From positions 1 through 63,096 of IMG/VR virus record IMGVR_UViG_3300008267_000043: a stretch of DNA of 63,096 nt; one strand, given 5' to 3'. Positions within the stretch are counted from its first letter, which is position 1; each line of letters begins with the position of its first letter. Below the pieces are notes generated by a model. The model saw only the letters and a program-made list of their open reading frames with translations, made no database searches and was not told the DNA's origin. The position numbers and the translations under genes were made by a program. Of the stretch, positions 20,308 through 29,661 are shown in pieces. This DNA comes from a virus (taxonomy: Duplodnaviria > Caudoviricetes).

Positions 20308-20336
20308 ATACTATCATGTGGGGCGTTTACAGACAA
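20308..20336 (-). promoter_or_regulatory. Sigma70-like promoter for the ejection-protein genes
   Basis: TTGTCT-17 nt-TAGTAT with an extended TG, in the intergenic gap. Confidence 0.5.
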
Positions 20337-20663
20337 CTACACTTTGACGCGCAGAGGGTAGCTTGATGCGGCTCCACCAGAAGTGTCGTAGTACACATCG
20401 CCGGGGCGAAGGTTGGCAAAGTCGGCATCAGACGGCAGACTAATTTCCGACGCACCGGGTGTGTTTGGGTCAGGCTGCGCAAAGGTCATTGCCGATATAA
20501 CCACTGTTGTGCCCACACCCTGAGAAGCAAATAAGGCAGGAGATGCGTTGTTCAGTTGGGCAAAATACAAACGCATGGCGTTAATAAGCTGATCCATGTA
20601 CTGAGGATCGTATTCCATCGGCGGTGTAGGAAAGCGTGGTTGAGTTGCGTTTTTTAAACCCAT
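20337..20663 (-). CDS. Small tail-associated protein
   Basis: 108 aa, directly downstream of the nozzle-like gene. Confidence 0.55.
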   Translation of the reverse strand: MGLKNATQPRFPTPPMEYDPQYMDQLINAMRLYFAQLNNASPALFASQGVGTTVVISAMTFAQPDPNTPGASEISLPSDADFANLRPGDVYYDTSGGAASSYPLRVKV

Positions 20664-20665
20664 GT

Positions 20666-22882
20666 TTATCTCCTGCCGTCAGGCCGTGTATCAATCCGAG
20701 GAACGCCCAACTGCCATGCAACACCAAGGTCATTGGACACAATCTTGAATGCCATCTGACGACCACGGATACGCACAAACACTTGTTCTGTGAACTGCTG
20801 CACTGTGTAATACCGCTGGTTCAGATAATTGTCCGCGCTAGTGACGGTTGGAGAATCTGACGCACCATAGTTTGTGCCGGGGAACTGACGGGGGCGCACC
20901 GTGAAATCTAATGACGGCGCAAGCGCATCTGACCCATCAAACGTCACATCGGGGATGATGCGGGTCACCAAACCAAAATTGTGGCCGTCACCAATGTCAA
21001 AGTCGGAAGACTGCACATACGCTGTGATTGGGGTTGGTGGGTCTGTTGTGCCATCATCGTTACCGTTCTCATGGTAAAGAAGTTGCCCGTTATAGCCCGC
21101 TGCCATAGGAGAAGGCCGCAGAGGGCTGTCCATCCAATATGTACGCGCCATAGTCCCGTAGTACCAAGTGCGCTCAAGGTGGTTGAAGATGACGTATTTG
21201 TCAATCGTTTCGGAATTGGCCGAGCAATAGAACCACCATACTTCGTTGTAGCCCTCATTGGTGCTGGCAAAGAATTGGAAAGACTGTGTGAGGTTGATGT
21301 CTTCATACACGTACTGGCGCAGGGCGCAAGGGAGCGTTTCCACACGACCTGAGTACATGTAAAACTTATCAGTGCCCATCCAATATGTGATGTTGTTCAC
21401 TGTTGCTACAGCATTTGGCCCCATGATGGAGATGTTGTCACCCATCAATTGGAAGCCCCACACATAGGGTGGGCCAAGATACTGCATAGAGTAAACGGCG
21501 GCATCAGTAAACACCAAAATCTCTTGGCGAGTTTGCATGGCCGCTATGATCTGTGACCCGCGACTGATGGTAAAGCTACCAGCCTGATTGGTTGCCTGTG
21601 GAAGCCATGTTTCAATGTCTTCTTGATTTGACCAACAGACAAACATAGGGTTTTGAACAGTGCTTCCAGCCACAGCATCGTTTGCACCAAAGGCAATGAC
21701 AAACCGTGATGAGTCAGACACCATCACAATATTGGCAACTGATGGGCAATAGGCGTCAACGGTCAAAGTACCCGCCTTGGTCGTTATAGTGGTGCTGGGG
21801 CCAAGGCGCTGCCCACGGTTAAATACATTTGGGTTGGCGGCGTTTGCCCAGTAATACAGCGGGCCACCACGAGGGTTGAACACCAAGTCCTCACCAAAGT
21901 TTGATTGACTCCAAAGACGCAACTGCTCGCCAATGCTGGTTACCGCCGCAGCTCCCCAACCAGTAAAGTCTGTTGATTGGACAACAGCCGCGCCATTTAC
22001 ATGGGTAGTGGCCGCGCCGGAGCCCGCGCCACTTACACCCCGAGTACAGCCAGTAAATGTAGTTGGGGAAATCCCTGTGTAAGTAATTGTTTCTTGGTCA
22101 ATCAAAATTGAGCCGGTAGCGGTGAACCCTGTGGTGGAAGTCACAGTCACCGTGGTGTTTGAATTGGACAACGTGCCGCCAGCCACAGCAGTGGTAGCTG
22201 TACCAAGAACAACGCCGCCCCAAGTACCTGCACCCCAGCCCACGTTTTGAGTGAAGGCTGCGTTACCTGTGGTGATCTGAAAAGTAAACGTTGCCGCGCC
22301 GGTTGTGCCAGCAGTCACGTTTGCTGTCACATACACCTGTATGGAAAATTGATTGGTGCTGATATATGTGACTTGAAATTCTGTATTTAAAGAAGCCAAC
22401 GGAATGCCGTTGACATCACTAGCCACGCCAGAGATTGTTACAAAGTCCCCAGTTTGAGCGCCATGCGCCGGTACGTCGCAAACGACAGTGACAAATCCGG
22501 AAGGGGGCGCAGTGTAAGCAGTTGTTGTAAACGCATTTGAAGCGACTGCTGTGCCGCTTGGGTTTCTCAGGGGGGTTATGTCATAAATATTGCCCCCGTT
22601 ACCATTTTGAATGTAGTACTTGAGGCTGGTGCCCAGCGCCAGCAGGTTGTAGCCAGACAGATTTAGCCAATTCCACATGGAACGACAAACACCCCAAAAC
22701 TCTCCCGTTGGGGGCGGCGCTAAATCAGTTGATGTACCTTGGTCTAAAACCCAACCCCCAATTTTTTCGGGGTAGCCAGAACGGAAACGCACTTTATCCG
22801 ATTCAAACCAACCGCCTTCGTTGGAAAGCGTTGTGCCTTCGCGGTTGATGCCGGGTCTAAATTGCAGTTTCTGTAATGGCAT
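20666..22882 (-). CDS. Tail nozzle / DNA stabilisation protein (P22 gp10-like)
   Basis: 738 aa, beta-rich, MPL.KL.FRPG start and RPDGRR end, as I recall for this protein class. Confidence 0.65.
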   Translation of the reverse strand: MPLQKLQFRPGINREGTTLSNEGGWFESDKVRFRSGYPEKIGGWVLDQGTSTDLAPPPTGEFWGVCRSMWNWLNLSGYNLLALGTSLKYYIQNGNGGNIYDITPLRNPSGTAVASNAFTTTAYTAPPSGFVTVVCDVPAHGAQTGDFVTISGVASDVNGIPLASLNTEFQVTYISTNQFSIQVYVTANVTAGTTGAATFTFQITTGNAAFTQNVGWGAGTWGGVVLGTATTAVAGGTLSNSNTTVTVTSTTGFTATGSILIDQETITYTGISPTTFTGCTRGVSGAGSGAATTHVNGAAVVQSTDFTGWGAAAVTSIGEQLRLWSQSNFGEDLVFNPRGGPLYYWANAANPNVFNRGQRLGPSTTITTKAGTLTVDAYCPSVANIVMVSDSSRFVIAFGANDAVAGSTVQNPMFVCWSNQEDIETWLPQATNQAGSFTISRGSQIIAAMQTRQEILVFTDAAVYSMQYLGPPYVWGFQLMGDNISIMGPNAVATVNNITYWMGTDKFYMYSGRVETLPCALRQYVYEDINLTQSFQFFASTNEGYNEVWWFYCSANSETIDKYVIFNHLERTWYYGTMARTYWMDSPLRPSPMAAGYNGQLLYHENGNDDGTTDPPTPITAYVQSSDFDIGDGHNFGLVTRIIPDVTFDGSDALAPSLDFTVRPRQFPGTNYGASDSPTVTSADNYLNQRYYTVQQFTEQVFVRIRGRQMAFKIVSNDLGVAWQLGVPRIDTRPDGRR

Positions 22883-22894
22883 AACACCCTCGGT

Positions 22895-23359
22895 TTAGGC
22901 TACAAGACCGGGAAGATAGGTTGTTTTACCTGCTACTTTTGTAGCGGTCAACTCCTGATTCTTCAGGTTGCTTGGGTCGTAAGAGACATGCACCCAGCCA
23001 CTGTCAGGGATGCCGGGGGTGTAAAACTCAAGAATGAGTTGGGTGTATTCTAAGTTATCCATGATCCATTGAGCAAGCTCTGCGTTCGCCACCCCGGGTA
23101 TCTCAATATCGGCTGCTTGCCCCTTGCAATGGTCTGAGGTCTTTGAGCCTCCCGTGGCTTGGTTCACGGCTGGAGCGCGGAACCCTGAGTTCACCTTGAC
23201 GCCTTTGCCAAAGTGGTCACGCACGGGCTGGAGGACTTTCTCACACAGCAAGCGCAGGTTCTCTGTTTCGGCTTCGCCGGGGGTGTTATCCAGATCATTG
23301 CGCAGGGCGGTCTCAGATTTGGTCAGTTCGTGCAGGGAGAAATTGGGAGACAAGTTCAT
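22895..23359 (-). CDS. Endolysin, peptidase M15A family
   Basis: LSPNFSL.E, SGFR, SDHCKGQAAD and WVHVS zinc ligands. Confidence 0.9.
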   Translation of the reverse strand: MNLSPNFSLHELTKSETALRNDLDNTPGEAETENLRLLCEKVLQPVRDHFGKGVKVNSGFRAPAVNQATGGSKTSDHCKGQAADIEIPGVANAELAQWIMDNLEYTQLILEFYTPGIPDSGWVHVSYDPSNLKNQELTATKVAGKTTYLPGLVA

Positions 23360-23817
23360 TTGATACCTTTCTGTGATTCAAGGGCTTGGTTGTACAAATT
23401 AATGCAAGCGTTCAGCTTTTGAATGGCTCTGTCGCCTTCTTCGGCTATGGCGATAAGATTTTTAGCAGTCTCTCTGTCAAGCTCGGCTGATGCCTCTCCT
23501 CCACCACTTCCGGTGGCAACGGCGGTATCTGCGGAGGCAGGTACGGGGCAGGACGTTTTGAGGCGCAGCCTGAGAGCACCAGAGTCAATAGCAGCGTCGC
23601 GCTCTTTTGTGGCCAGTTTAGCTTTTTCATTGGTCTTCCTCAGTGCATCAGCGGTGGTGGTTACGGCAACAGCCAAGGCTTGTTCCTTGGCCCGGGCTTC
23701 GGTGTTCAGTCGGTCAACTTCAGCCTGTTGAACTTCCCTCTCAACATGCTTACCGTAGAAATACCCGCCGCCAAAAGTTAGCAGCAGGGCAATCAATCCA
23801 GAGAGTAAACCCTTCAT
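23356..23817 (-). CDS. Rz: i-spanin (Rz-like)
   Basis: N-terminal transmembrane segment plus coiled coil, next to the endolysin. Confidence 0.8.
   Translation of the reverse strand: MKGLLSGLIALLLTFGGGYFYGKHVEREVQQAEVDRLNTEARAKEQALAVAVTTTADALRKTNEKAKLATKERDAAIDSGALRLRLKTSCPVPASADTAVATGSGGGEASAELDRETAKNLIAIAEEGDRAIQKLNACINLYNQALESQKGIK
23445..23630 (-). CDS. Rz1: o-spanin lipoprotein (Rz1-like), fully embedded in Rz
   Basis: Signal peptide with lipobox LSGC and a Pro-rich mature part, in an alternative frame inside Rz. Confidence 0.8.
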   Translation of the reverse strand: MKKLNWPQKSATLLLTLVLSGCASKRPAPYLPPQIPPLPPEVVEERHQPSLTERLLKILSP

Positions 23818-24137
23818 GGCTTTGGTGGCTCATCAGTGTCGTTAGCTTCGGCCTTGGCCACGGCGTTGGCTACAGCTTTAATCCCTGAGCGCCCTGCCAC
23901 ACCACCCAGAACGCCCGTGATGAACACCATGATGGTGCTGATCTGCTGGGTGTAGATTTTGTCAATAGGGGCCATGCCCGCCATTGGCTGGGTAACGTAG
24001 GTCACCGAGTACAGGAACGCCACCATAGCGCCAAGCAGGATAGTCACCAGAATGACGATGACGAAAGCCCAGACACGGACTTCAATCTCTTCGGCGGTCA
24101 GGCGGTTGTTTGTTTTGTATGCAACTGTAGGCATCAC
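23814..24137 (-). CDS. Putative holin (2 TM)
   Basis: Two hydrophobic helices, located in the lysis cluster. Confidence 0.55.
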   Translation of the reverse strand: MMPTVAYKTNNRLTAEEIEVRVWAFVIVILVTILLGAMVAFLYSVTYVTQPMAGMAPIDKIYTQQISTIMVFITGVLGGVAGRSGIKAVANAVAKAEANDTDEPPKP

Positions 24138-24322
24138 TTCTTCTCCTGTTCAGGTTTGATAAGCTGTTCTGGGCAAGTGCCAGTGGCAGTGCAGATTGGT
24201 GGCTTGCACTCCGCGTTATTCCAGTTTGCCGGGTTTTGGCAGGGGTAACGAAAACGGTCTTCGCACCCTGTCAAACACAGGGCCACTGCCAAAAGAATCA
24301 GGCTCTTTGCGGTCTTGGTCAC
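24134..24322 (-). CDS. Small Cys-rich lipoprotein
   Basis: GTG start after AAGGA; lipobox LTGC; four further Cys. Confidence 0.6.
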   Translation of the reverse strand: MTKTAKSLILLAVALCLTGCEDRFRYPCQNPANWNNAECKPPICTATGTCPEQLIKPEQEKK

Positions 24323-24470
24323 GCTGCTTCCTTTCAATGCGTTGTTCAATCTTTTCTAACTGCTGCAAAGCACGTTTTGTTTCATTCTTTGCGTTCAAAA
24401 TGTCCAAGTACAAGAACCCCAACATGGGAAGAAGCAGGGCGACCAACACACAAGCGGCAATCCATCCCAT
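24216..24470 (-). CDS. Membrane-anchored coiled-coil protein
   Basis: ATG overlaps the upstream TGA; one TM segment followed by a coiled coil. Confidence 0.5.
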   Translation of the reverse strand: MGWIAACVLVALLLPMLGFLYLDILNAKNETKRALQQLEKIEQRIERKQRDQDRKEPDSFGSGPVFDRVRRPFSLPLPKPGKLE

Positions 24471-25165
24471 CACGTCTTCCCCAAACGACTTACGAACAGG
24501 AGCCACAACCACAGGTAAAGGAGGAATAGGAAAGTCACTACGAGATACGCCGACTTTGCTCGGAAGTTTCTTTTTGCCTCCTGCCGTTGCCATTGCTTGT
24601 ACCTCTCCTGCGCTTCTTCCTTCAGCCTTGCCTTCTCCTGCTCCTCCTGTATGACGCTTCGCATGTCAAACACTTTGCTGTACAGCGCACCCATTTCGGG
24701 TGGGCTTTGATACACCATCGTTTCCCTGATCGTCACTTCCAGTGCCGCCATCTGGTCTTGCGCCATCACCCTCTTCAGGGCCGCTTCCATCAGGTTGGCA
24801 TCGGGGTCGTAGACGTTCTGGCTTTTTTCTTCCTCCGCCCTTATATGCGCTGCCAACTGCTCTTGCAGCTTGAAGAACTCAGTAAGCTGGCTGACAACAT
24901 CCGCCATGACTTTGGACTCGTCAACAGCAACGTACTTTTCCTTCTTTTTCGCCACAGGCTTGGGCGCGGCGGGGGTGGGGTCTCCACCAAACATCTTGGC
25001 AAGCTTGCCCCAGAACCCATGAACTTCCTTGGCAATCCCAACAGCTTCGTCAACTGTAGCCTTGACCTCCATGAAAGAGACCTTGGCCTGTTTGTAAAGC
25101 TCACACCCTTCCTTGATGGCAGCAACGCAAGCATTGGCGGCAAAGAGGATGCTGATCGGATCAAT
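24470..25165 (-). CDS. Coiled-coil protein with C-terminal TM; probable ATT start
   Basis: The frame is open for 31 codons upstream of ATG 25072, back to an ATT preceded by GAGG. Confidence 0.6.
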   Translation of the reverse strand: MDPISILFAANACVAAIKEGCELYKQAKVSFMEVKATVDEAVGIAKEVHGFWGKLAKMFGGDPTPAAPKPVAKKKEKYVAVDESKVMADVVSQLTEFFKLQEQLAAHIRAEEEKSQNVYDPDANLMEAALKRVMAQDQMAALEVTIRETMVYQSPPEMGALYSKVFDMRSVIQEEQEKARLKEEAQERYKQWQRQEAKRNFRAKSAYLVVTFLFLLYLWLWLLFVSRLGKT

Positions 25166-25173
25166 TTACAGCC

Positions 25174-25440
25174 TCACTTGATGATATTCACAATACGTGA
25201 GTCATCTTCCAAAGCAATGAACTCATGGCTCTGATTCGTGGGGAAGTCAATGACTGCACCTGCGCTGTACTCAGCTTCCCAACCGTTGCCGTGGGCTTTG
25301 ATCTTGCCCCGGGCCACGATGGTGATGTGGGCGTCGCCACCAGCATGGGTGTGCATAGGCAGCATGTCCCCCACCTTTTCAAAGGTGTAAACCACGCCGT
25401 AGAGTTTTCCAGCGTTGAGCGGGGTACTAAGCAATGACAT
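25174..25440 (-). CDS. Cupin-domain protein
   Basis: PMHTH...HITIVARG...HEF cupin metal ligands. Confidence 0.75.
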   Translation of the reverse strand: MSLLSTPLNAGKLYGVVYTFEKVGDMLPMHTHAGGDAHITIVARGKIKAHGNGWEAEYSAGAVIDFPTNQSHEFIALEDDSRIVNIIK

Positions 25441-25684
25441 CTGGGGCATCGCCAATTACATTAGAGACCGTATTAATTGGTGCAGTCGGTTGTGGGGGTT
25501 CAACAAATTGCCCGCCTACATACTTCCAGCCAATACTTAACATTGACCAAGACCCAGAAACACCTTCCGTTGGGAACTCCACTGCCAAGTATGTATCCGT
25601 TGAAGGCCAAGTGTCGCCATCCGCTACGAAGATGATGTTCTCAATCACTTCTGTTTCTCTATTGATAATTGCCCAATTTGCCAT
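25427..25684 (-). CDS. Tail fibre assembly-like small protein
   Basis: WAII...IENI and IGWKY.GGQFVEP; follows the Gly-rich fibre gene. Confidence 0.5.
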   Translation of the reverse strand: MANWAIINRETEVIENIIFVADGDTWPSTDTYLAVEFPTEGVSGSWSMLSIGWKYVGGQFVEPPQPTAPINTVSNVIGDAPDVIA

Positions 25685-25693
25685 TTTTTATCC

Positions 25694-26491
25694 TCAGTAA
25701 AAGAACAAAGTAACCCGGCCTGCTGCTCCTGCGCCGCCGGTAGTGTTAATTGACGCCGATGTGCCCCCTCCACCGCCGGGTACAGTGCCGTTACCAGCAG
25801 CGCCAGACCCTAAAGCACCACCATTGCCACCATAAACTGATTGTGCGGTTGGAGTATTACTGGTCTGCGTATTTCCTCCTGCGCCACCAAAAAGAGCATC
25901 TCCGGGCACGGCATTAGTTGCTCCGTTACCACCGTTATAAGTAGCAACACCTCCACCACCGCCGCCCGCAATACCGTAAGAAGATGCTGGTCTAGCATAA
26001 CCTCCAGTAGAACCTAACATTTGCCCACCGGCAGCTAACTGACCTCCTCCAACTCCTGCGGATTCGCAATTGAATGTGCGCCCGCCGCCGCCACCGCCAA
26101 ATGCTTGAATGGCGGTTCTACCGTTGTACGCTGTATTCAAATTTACTTGTGATGTCCCGCCCACCCCGCCAATTTGGGTGTCGTTAACTGTGCCAGCAGC
26201 GCCACCAGTACCAACAGTCACGGACAACGGAAACGTCAAATAAGATTTAGGTACGGTAACTGTGTTGTAACCGCCGCCACCACCGCCGTAGCCAGTATTG
26301 CCTCTGCTTGAGCCGCCACCGCCGCCCCACATTTGTATTGTTACAAATCTGTAAGAACTTCCGGGATCAGCATAGCTTGCATTTGAAGATGCAAAGGTTA
26401 CGAGCAATGGTGTCGGGGAAGCCGCAGCCGCCGTACTTTGCGTAGTAGCGTCATTAAAGGTGATGGTTGTTCCACTTACTGTAATTGGCAT
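25694..26491 (-). CDS. Glycine-rich tail fibre/adhesin protein
   Basis: Repeated GGGGG blocks (WGGGGG...GAGAAGRV). Confidence 0.65.
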   Translation of the reverse strand: MPITVSGTTITFNDATTQSTAAAASPTPLLVTFASSNASYADPGSSYRFVTIQMWGGGGGSSRGNTGYGGGGGGYNTVTVPKSYLTFPLSVTVGTGGAAGTVNDTQIGGVGGTSQVNLNTAYNGRTAIQAFGGGGGGRTFNCESAGVGGGQLAAGGQMLGSTGGYARPASSYGIAGGGGGGVATYNGGNGATNAVPGDALFGGAGGNTQTSNTPTAQSVYGGNGGALGSGAAGNGTVPGGGGGTSASINTTGGAGAAGRVTLFFY

Positions 26492-26500
26492 GATTTCTCC

Positions 26501-27286
26501 TTAAGGTGTACCGCCAGCATCAAGAGAGCCAGCAGCAATGATATTACCGGTTGAACTGATTGATACGATGGTTGTTGCCCCGTACTTGATTACTAATTTA
26601 CCGCCAGATTCTTCAATGGTGAAGTTGGTGGTAAGCAGTTTAGGACTGGACGCCGCAGTCCCTGTTGTGTTCTGGTTGAGGGTGGGCACATCAGCCGCCT
26701 GAATTGCGGACATGACCACATCCGTGCCATTGCCACGCAAATATTGCCCGCTGGTAACTGCGCCTGCCAAAGCATCCATTGCATTTTGACGTGTTGTTTG
26801 CCCTGTACCGCCGTTGGCGATAGGCAGCGTACCCGAAGCCACGGATAGATCGACGGTCAGTTTATAAAAGTTGGTTGCATCAGACCAGATCAGTGCTCTT
26901 TCGCCAGCAGCCAAAGTGATGGTCGCTCCGCCCGTAGAGGTTGTGCCGCCCAATGCAGTTGCATTACCAATCGTTGCTGTGTAAGAAGTTGCGTTCCAAA
27001 CAATGTATTGCTTGGCTGCTGGGGGCGCATATAGGGTAAAAGCCGCTGGCGCACTTATCAACTTCAGTGTGGCATACACCGCTTGGTTCAAAGCTGGTGA
27101 AGATGTTGGGCCTTGGATTGCCGTCAATGCTTGAGGCGTTCCAGCAATAGTCACATCAATTGCGCCAGCAATTGCGGCGTCAAAAATGTAGTTGAAATTG
27201 TTGTCGGTGGTCGTCCCCCAAGTACCAGCTTGGTCACCTGAGCCAATCAGTTCAACTCGTAGGTTGGATGAGTACGTGCTGCTCAT
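26501..27286 (-). CDS. Tail fibre-related protein
   Basis: GTWGTTT..N N-terminus; GTLPIANGGTG repeat shared with the adjacent fibre. Confidence 0.6.
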   Translation of the reverse strand: MSSTYSSNLRVELIGSGDQAGTWGTTTDNNFNYIFDAAIAGAIDVTIAGTPQALTAIQGPTSSPALNQAVYATLKLISAPAAFTLYAPPAAKQYIVWNATSYTATIGNATALGGTTSTGGATITLAAGERALIWSDATNFYKLTVDLSVASGTLPIANGGTGQTTRQNAMDALAGAVTSGQYLRGNGTDVVMSAIQAADVPTLNQNTTGTAASSPKLLTTNFTIEESGGKLVIKYGATTIVSISSTGNIIAAGSLDAGGTP

Positions 27287-29652
27287 GATTTATCCTTTGT
27301 CAATTGTTCCAATTTTGCCTCAAGCTCCACAATACGCTCAGCCAATTTTATTGCGGCTACCAAGGCGGCATTACCGTAAGCAACGGACAACATGCCTTTC
27401 TCGTCTGCCAAAACCGCATGTTCAAGCACGGGTTGCAAAGACTGCGCTGATACCCCGACTTGCGTAATAAGCGTTTCGTAATCTGTACGGTCATAGACAC
27501 CTGCTTTAACTTTTGCAAGTTGTTCAATGAAGTCCGCTGGCAGATCGCGCCAGTTTGTCTTCAACCGCGCATCGGAACTACCTGCAACCGTTGTTGATGA
27601 AAACGCGCCCGTGCTAGGGTTGAAAGTCATCTTGGTGCTTGAGACCCGCACACCACCATTACCGCTGGTAGCGGTCATAAACGCCGGGTAGTACGTTGCG
27701 GCGGTTGTTGTGTCGTTTGTAATCGCCACGTTGGTGGCATTGGTTGCAGTTGTCGCAGTTGTCGCAGTAGCCGAATTACCAGTACACGAGCCTGATGACC
27801 CAGTTGTGTTTTGGTTAAATGTAGGCCAAGTGAATGTGCCGGTGCTGAAGTTACCGGACTGAGGTGTGCCCAAAATTGGGGTTGTGAAGCTCGGTGAGGT
27901 TGCCAACGCAACCACAGTGCCAGAGCCAGATGTGCTGTACGAAGTGCCCCACGATGTGCCTGTGGAGTTTGCAATCCCCGCGCCGGGGTACACCTGTGAA
28001 CTTGGAGCCGCAGCAGACACCCAAGTTGTTCCATTTGATTGGAGCACGTTACCGTTTGTACCGGGGGCCACGACTTGGAACGCTGAAGTGCCGTTGCCCA
28101 GCAAGACGTTGTTGGCTGTGAATGTAGCCGCGCCTGTACCGCCGTTGCCAACAGGAAGTGTTCCTGTGACGTTGGTGGCCAAGTCCACAAACTGAGTTGA
28201 TGTAGAGCCTGTACCGCCGTTGGCGATTGGAAGCGTGCCGGACACATGAGTGGCCAAGCCAATCTTGCCGTAGCTTGGGGCAGCGCCAACACCACCAGAG
28301 ATCAGTGCATTGCCAACCGCTACGTCTGGGAGTTTGGCGAGCGACGTGGTCGTGTCGGCGTAAACAAGGTCTCCCACAGCATACGAAGTAAGGCCCGTGC
28401 CACCGTAAACGGGGCCAATAGCAGTAGCGTTCCAAGTGCCAGCAGTAAGAGTACCGACCCCAGTAATGCCCGTATAACTTCCCGACAACCGTGAAGTGCC
28501 AAGCGTACCCGTTGTGATATTTGAAGCATCGGTTGTGTCCGTTGTTGCTGAAGCTGCCAAGCCTGAAACTGCCGCCGAAGAAATGGCGATCCCTGTATTT
28601 GTGACCGATGTAACTTGGCCCTGCGCGTTGGTAACAAAAACTGGGACGGATGATGCTGAACCATACGTACCCGCCGTACCTGTGTTGGCAATATTGAATG
28701 TGTAGGTTGGGGACTCACTTAAGCCCGTCCCTGCGGTATAGGTAATGGGAGCGGAAAACTGTTGAAAGACAATCGCTGTTGTGCCAATTGTTATCGGGGG
28801 AGCAGTCTGCTGCACCCAAGCGGTATTGGCGTTAGCAGTTCCGCTGGTCACTAAGAAAAAGTCACCCTCGTCAATCTGGTCAACGCCGGTTCCAACAGTG
28901 TCAAAGTCAGTTGCGCGGGTCAAAATAAATGGCGCACCGGGGGACGAGTTACCTGCTTGAGTGAGCGTGTAAACGCCGTTGTGAGCTTGATTTGCCTGAT
29001 TCTTAATCAGAACCCGCTCTCCATCATCCGCAGGAGAAGTGAATGTGTAGCTATCAACCGTCAAAGCGCCGTTAGCATCTCCGGTCAGCGTAGCCCCTAC
29101 TCCCGATGTGCCGTTGTTGTACGTACAAGCAGGCAACGCTGCGGTGGTTGCGTAGCCCACAGCTTCATGGAAGTGGATGCCCGAAGCAATTGCGTCTGCA
29201 TACGCCTTGTTGACGATATCTGTGTTGTTGGTTGGCGTTGTTGAAACTGTGCCGGACGTAATATTTGCCGTTGTAATGTTTGCAGTGCTCGCACCCAGTG
29301 TGCCAATGTCTAACAAAGTCACAGCAGACCCTGCTGCGTCTAAATACACCGCCCTTTCCGCCGGGTATGTACAAAACACATTTTTTGTCCCGGCGGCAAA
29401 ATTCACCAAACTACCAGAATTGCTGGACTCAAAAACAGTGGTGCGGCTTAACGTTGTGCCCGAAGCTGTGTACGTGCCAATACCTACTTCCCAGTCCCCC
29501 GCAGTTGGATCGGCAATTGCGTAGTACGTAGTGTTACCGTTACCAATAATTGCAAAAGTCTGGAAACCTAAAACAGCGCCGCCAAGAGTCAGTGTTCCAG
29601 TGCCTGTTGTGGTGGTGGTTTCTTGAACTCTATCTTTGACTACGAATGCCAT
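27283..29652 (-). CDS. Tail fibre with C-terminal intramolecular chaperone (peptidase S74)
   Basis: GGTG repeats; SDARLKTN autocleavage motif, GVSAQ and a terminal coiled coil. Confidence 0.85.
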   Translation of the reverse strand: MAFVVKDRVQETTTTTGTGTLTLGGAVLGFQTFAIIGNGNTTYYAIADPTAGDWEVGIGTYTASGTTLSRTTVFESSNSGSLVNFAAGTKNVFCTYPAERAVYLDAAGSAVTLLDIGTLGASTANITTANITSGTVSTTPTNNTDIVNKAYADAIASGIHFHEAVGYATTAALPACTYNNGTSGVGATLTGDANGALTVDSYTFTSPADDGERVLIKNQANQAHNGVYTLTQAGNSSPGAPFILTRATDFDTVGTGVDQIDEGDFFLVTSGTANANTAWVQQTAPPITIGTTAIVFQQFSAPITYTAGTGLSESPTYTFNIANTGTAGTYGSASSVPVFVTNAQGQVTSVTNTGIAISSAAVSGLAASATTDTTDASNITTGTLGTSRLSGSYTGITGVGTLTAGTWNATAIGPVYGGTGLTSYAVGDLVYADTTTSLAKLPDVAVGNALISGGVGAAPSYGKIGLATHVSGTLPIANGGTGSTSTQFVDLATNVTGTLPVGNGGTGAATFTANNVLLGNGTSAFQVVAPGTNGNVLQSNGTTWVSAAAPSSQVYPGAGIANSTGTSWGTSYSTSGSGTVVALATSPSFTTPILGTPQSGNFSTGTFTWPTFNQNTTGSSGSCTGNSATATTATTATNATNVAITNDTTTAATYYPAFMTATSGNGGVRVSSTKMTFNPSTGAFSSTTVAGSSDARLKTNWRDLPADFIEQLAKVKAGVYDRTDYETLITQVGVSAQSLQPVLEHAVLADEKGMLSVAYGNAALVAAIKLAERIVELEAKLEQLTKDKS

Positions 29653-29661
29653 ATGCGCCTC

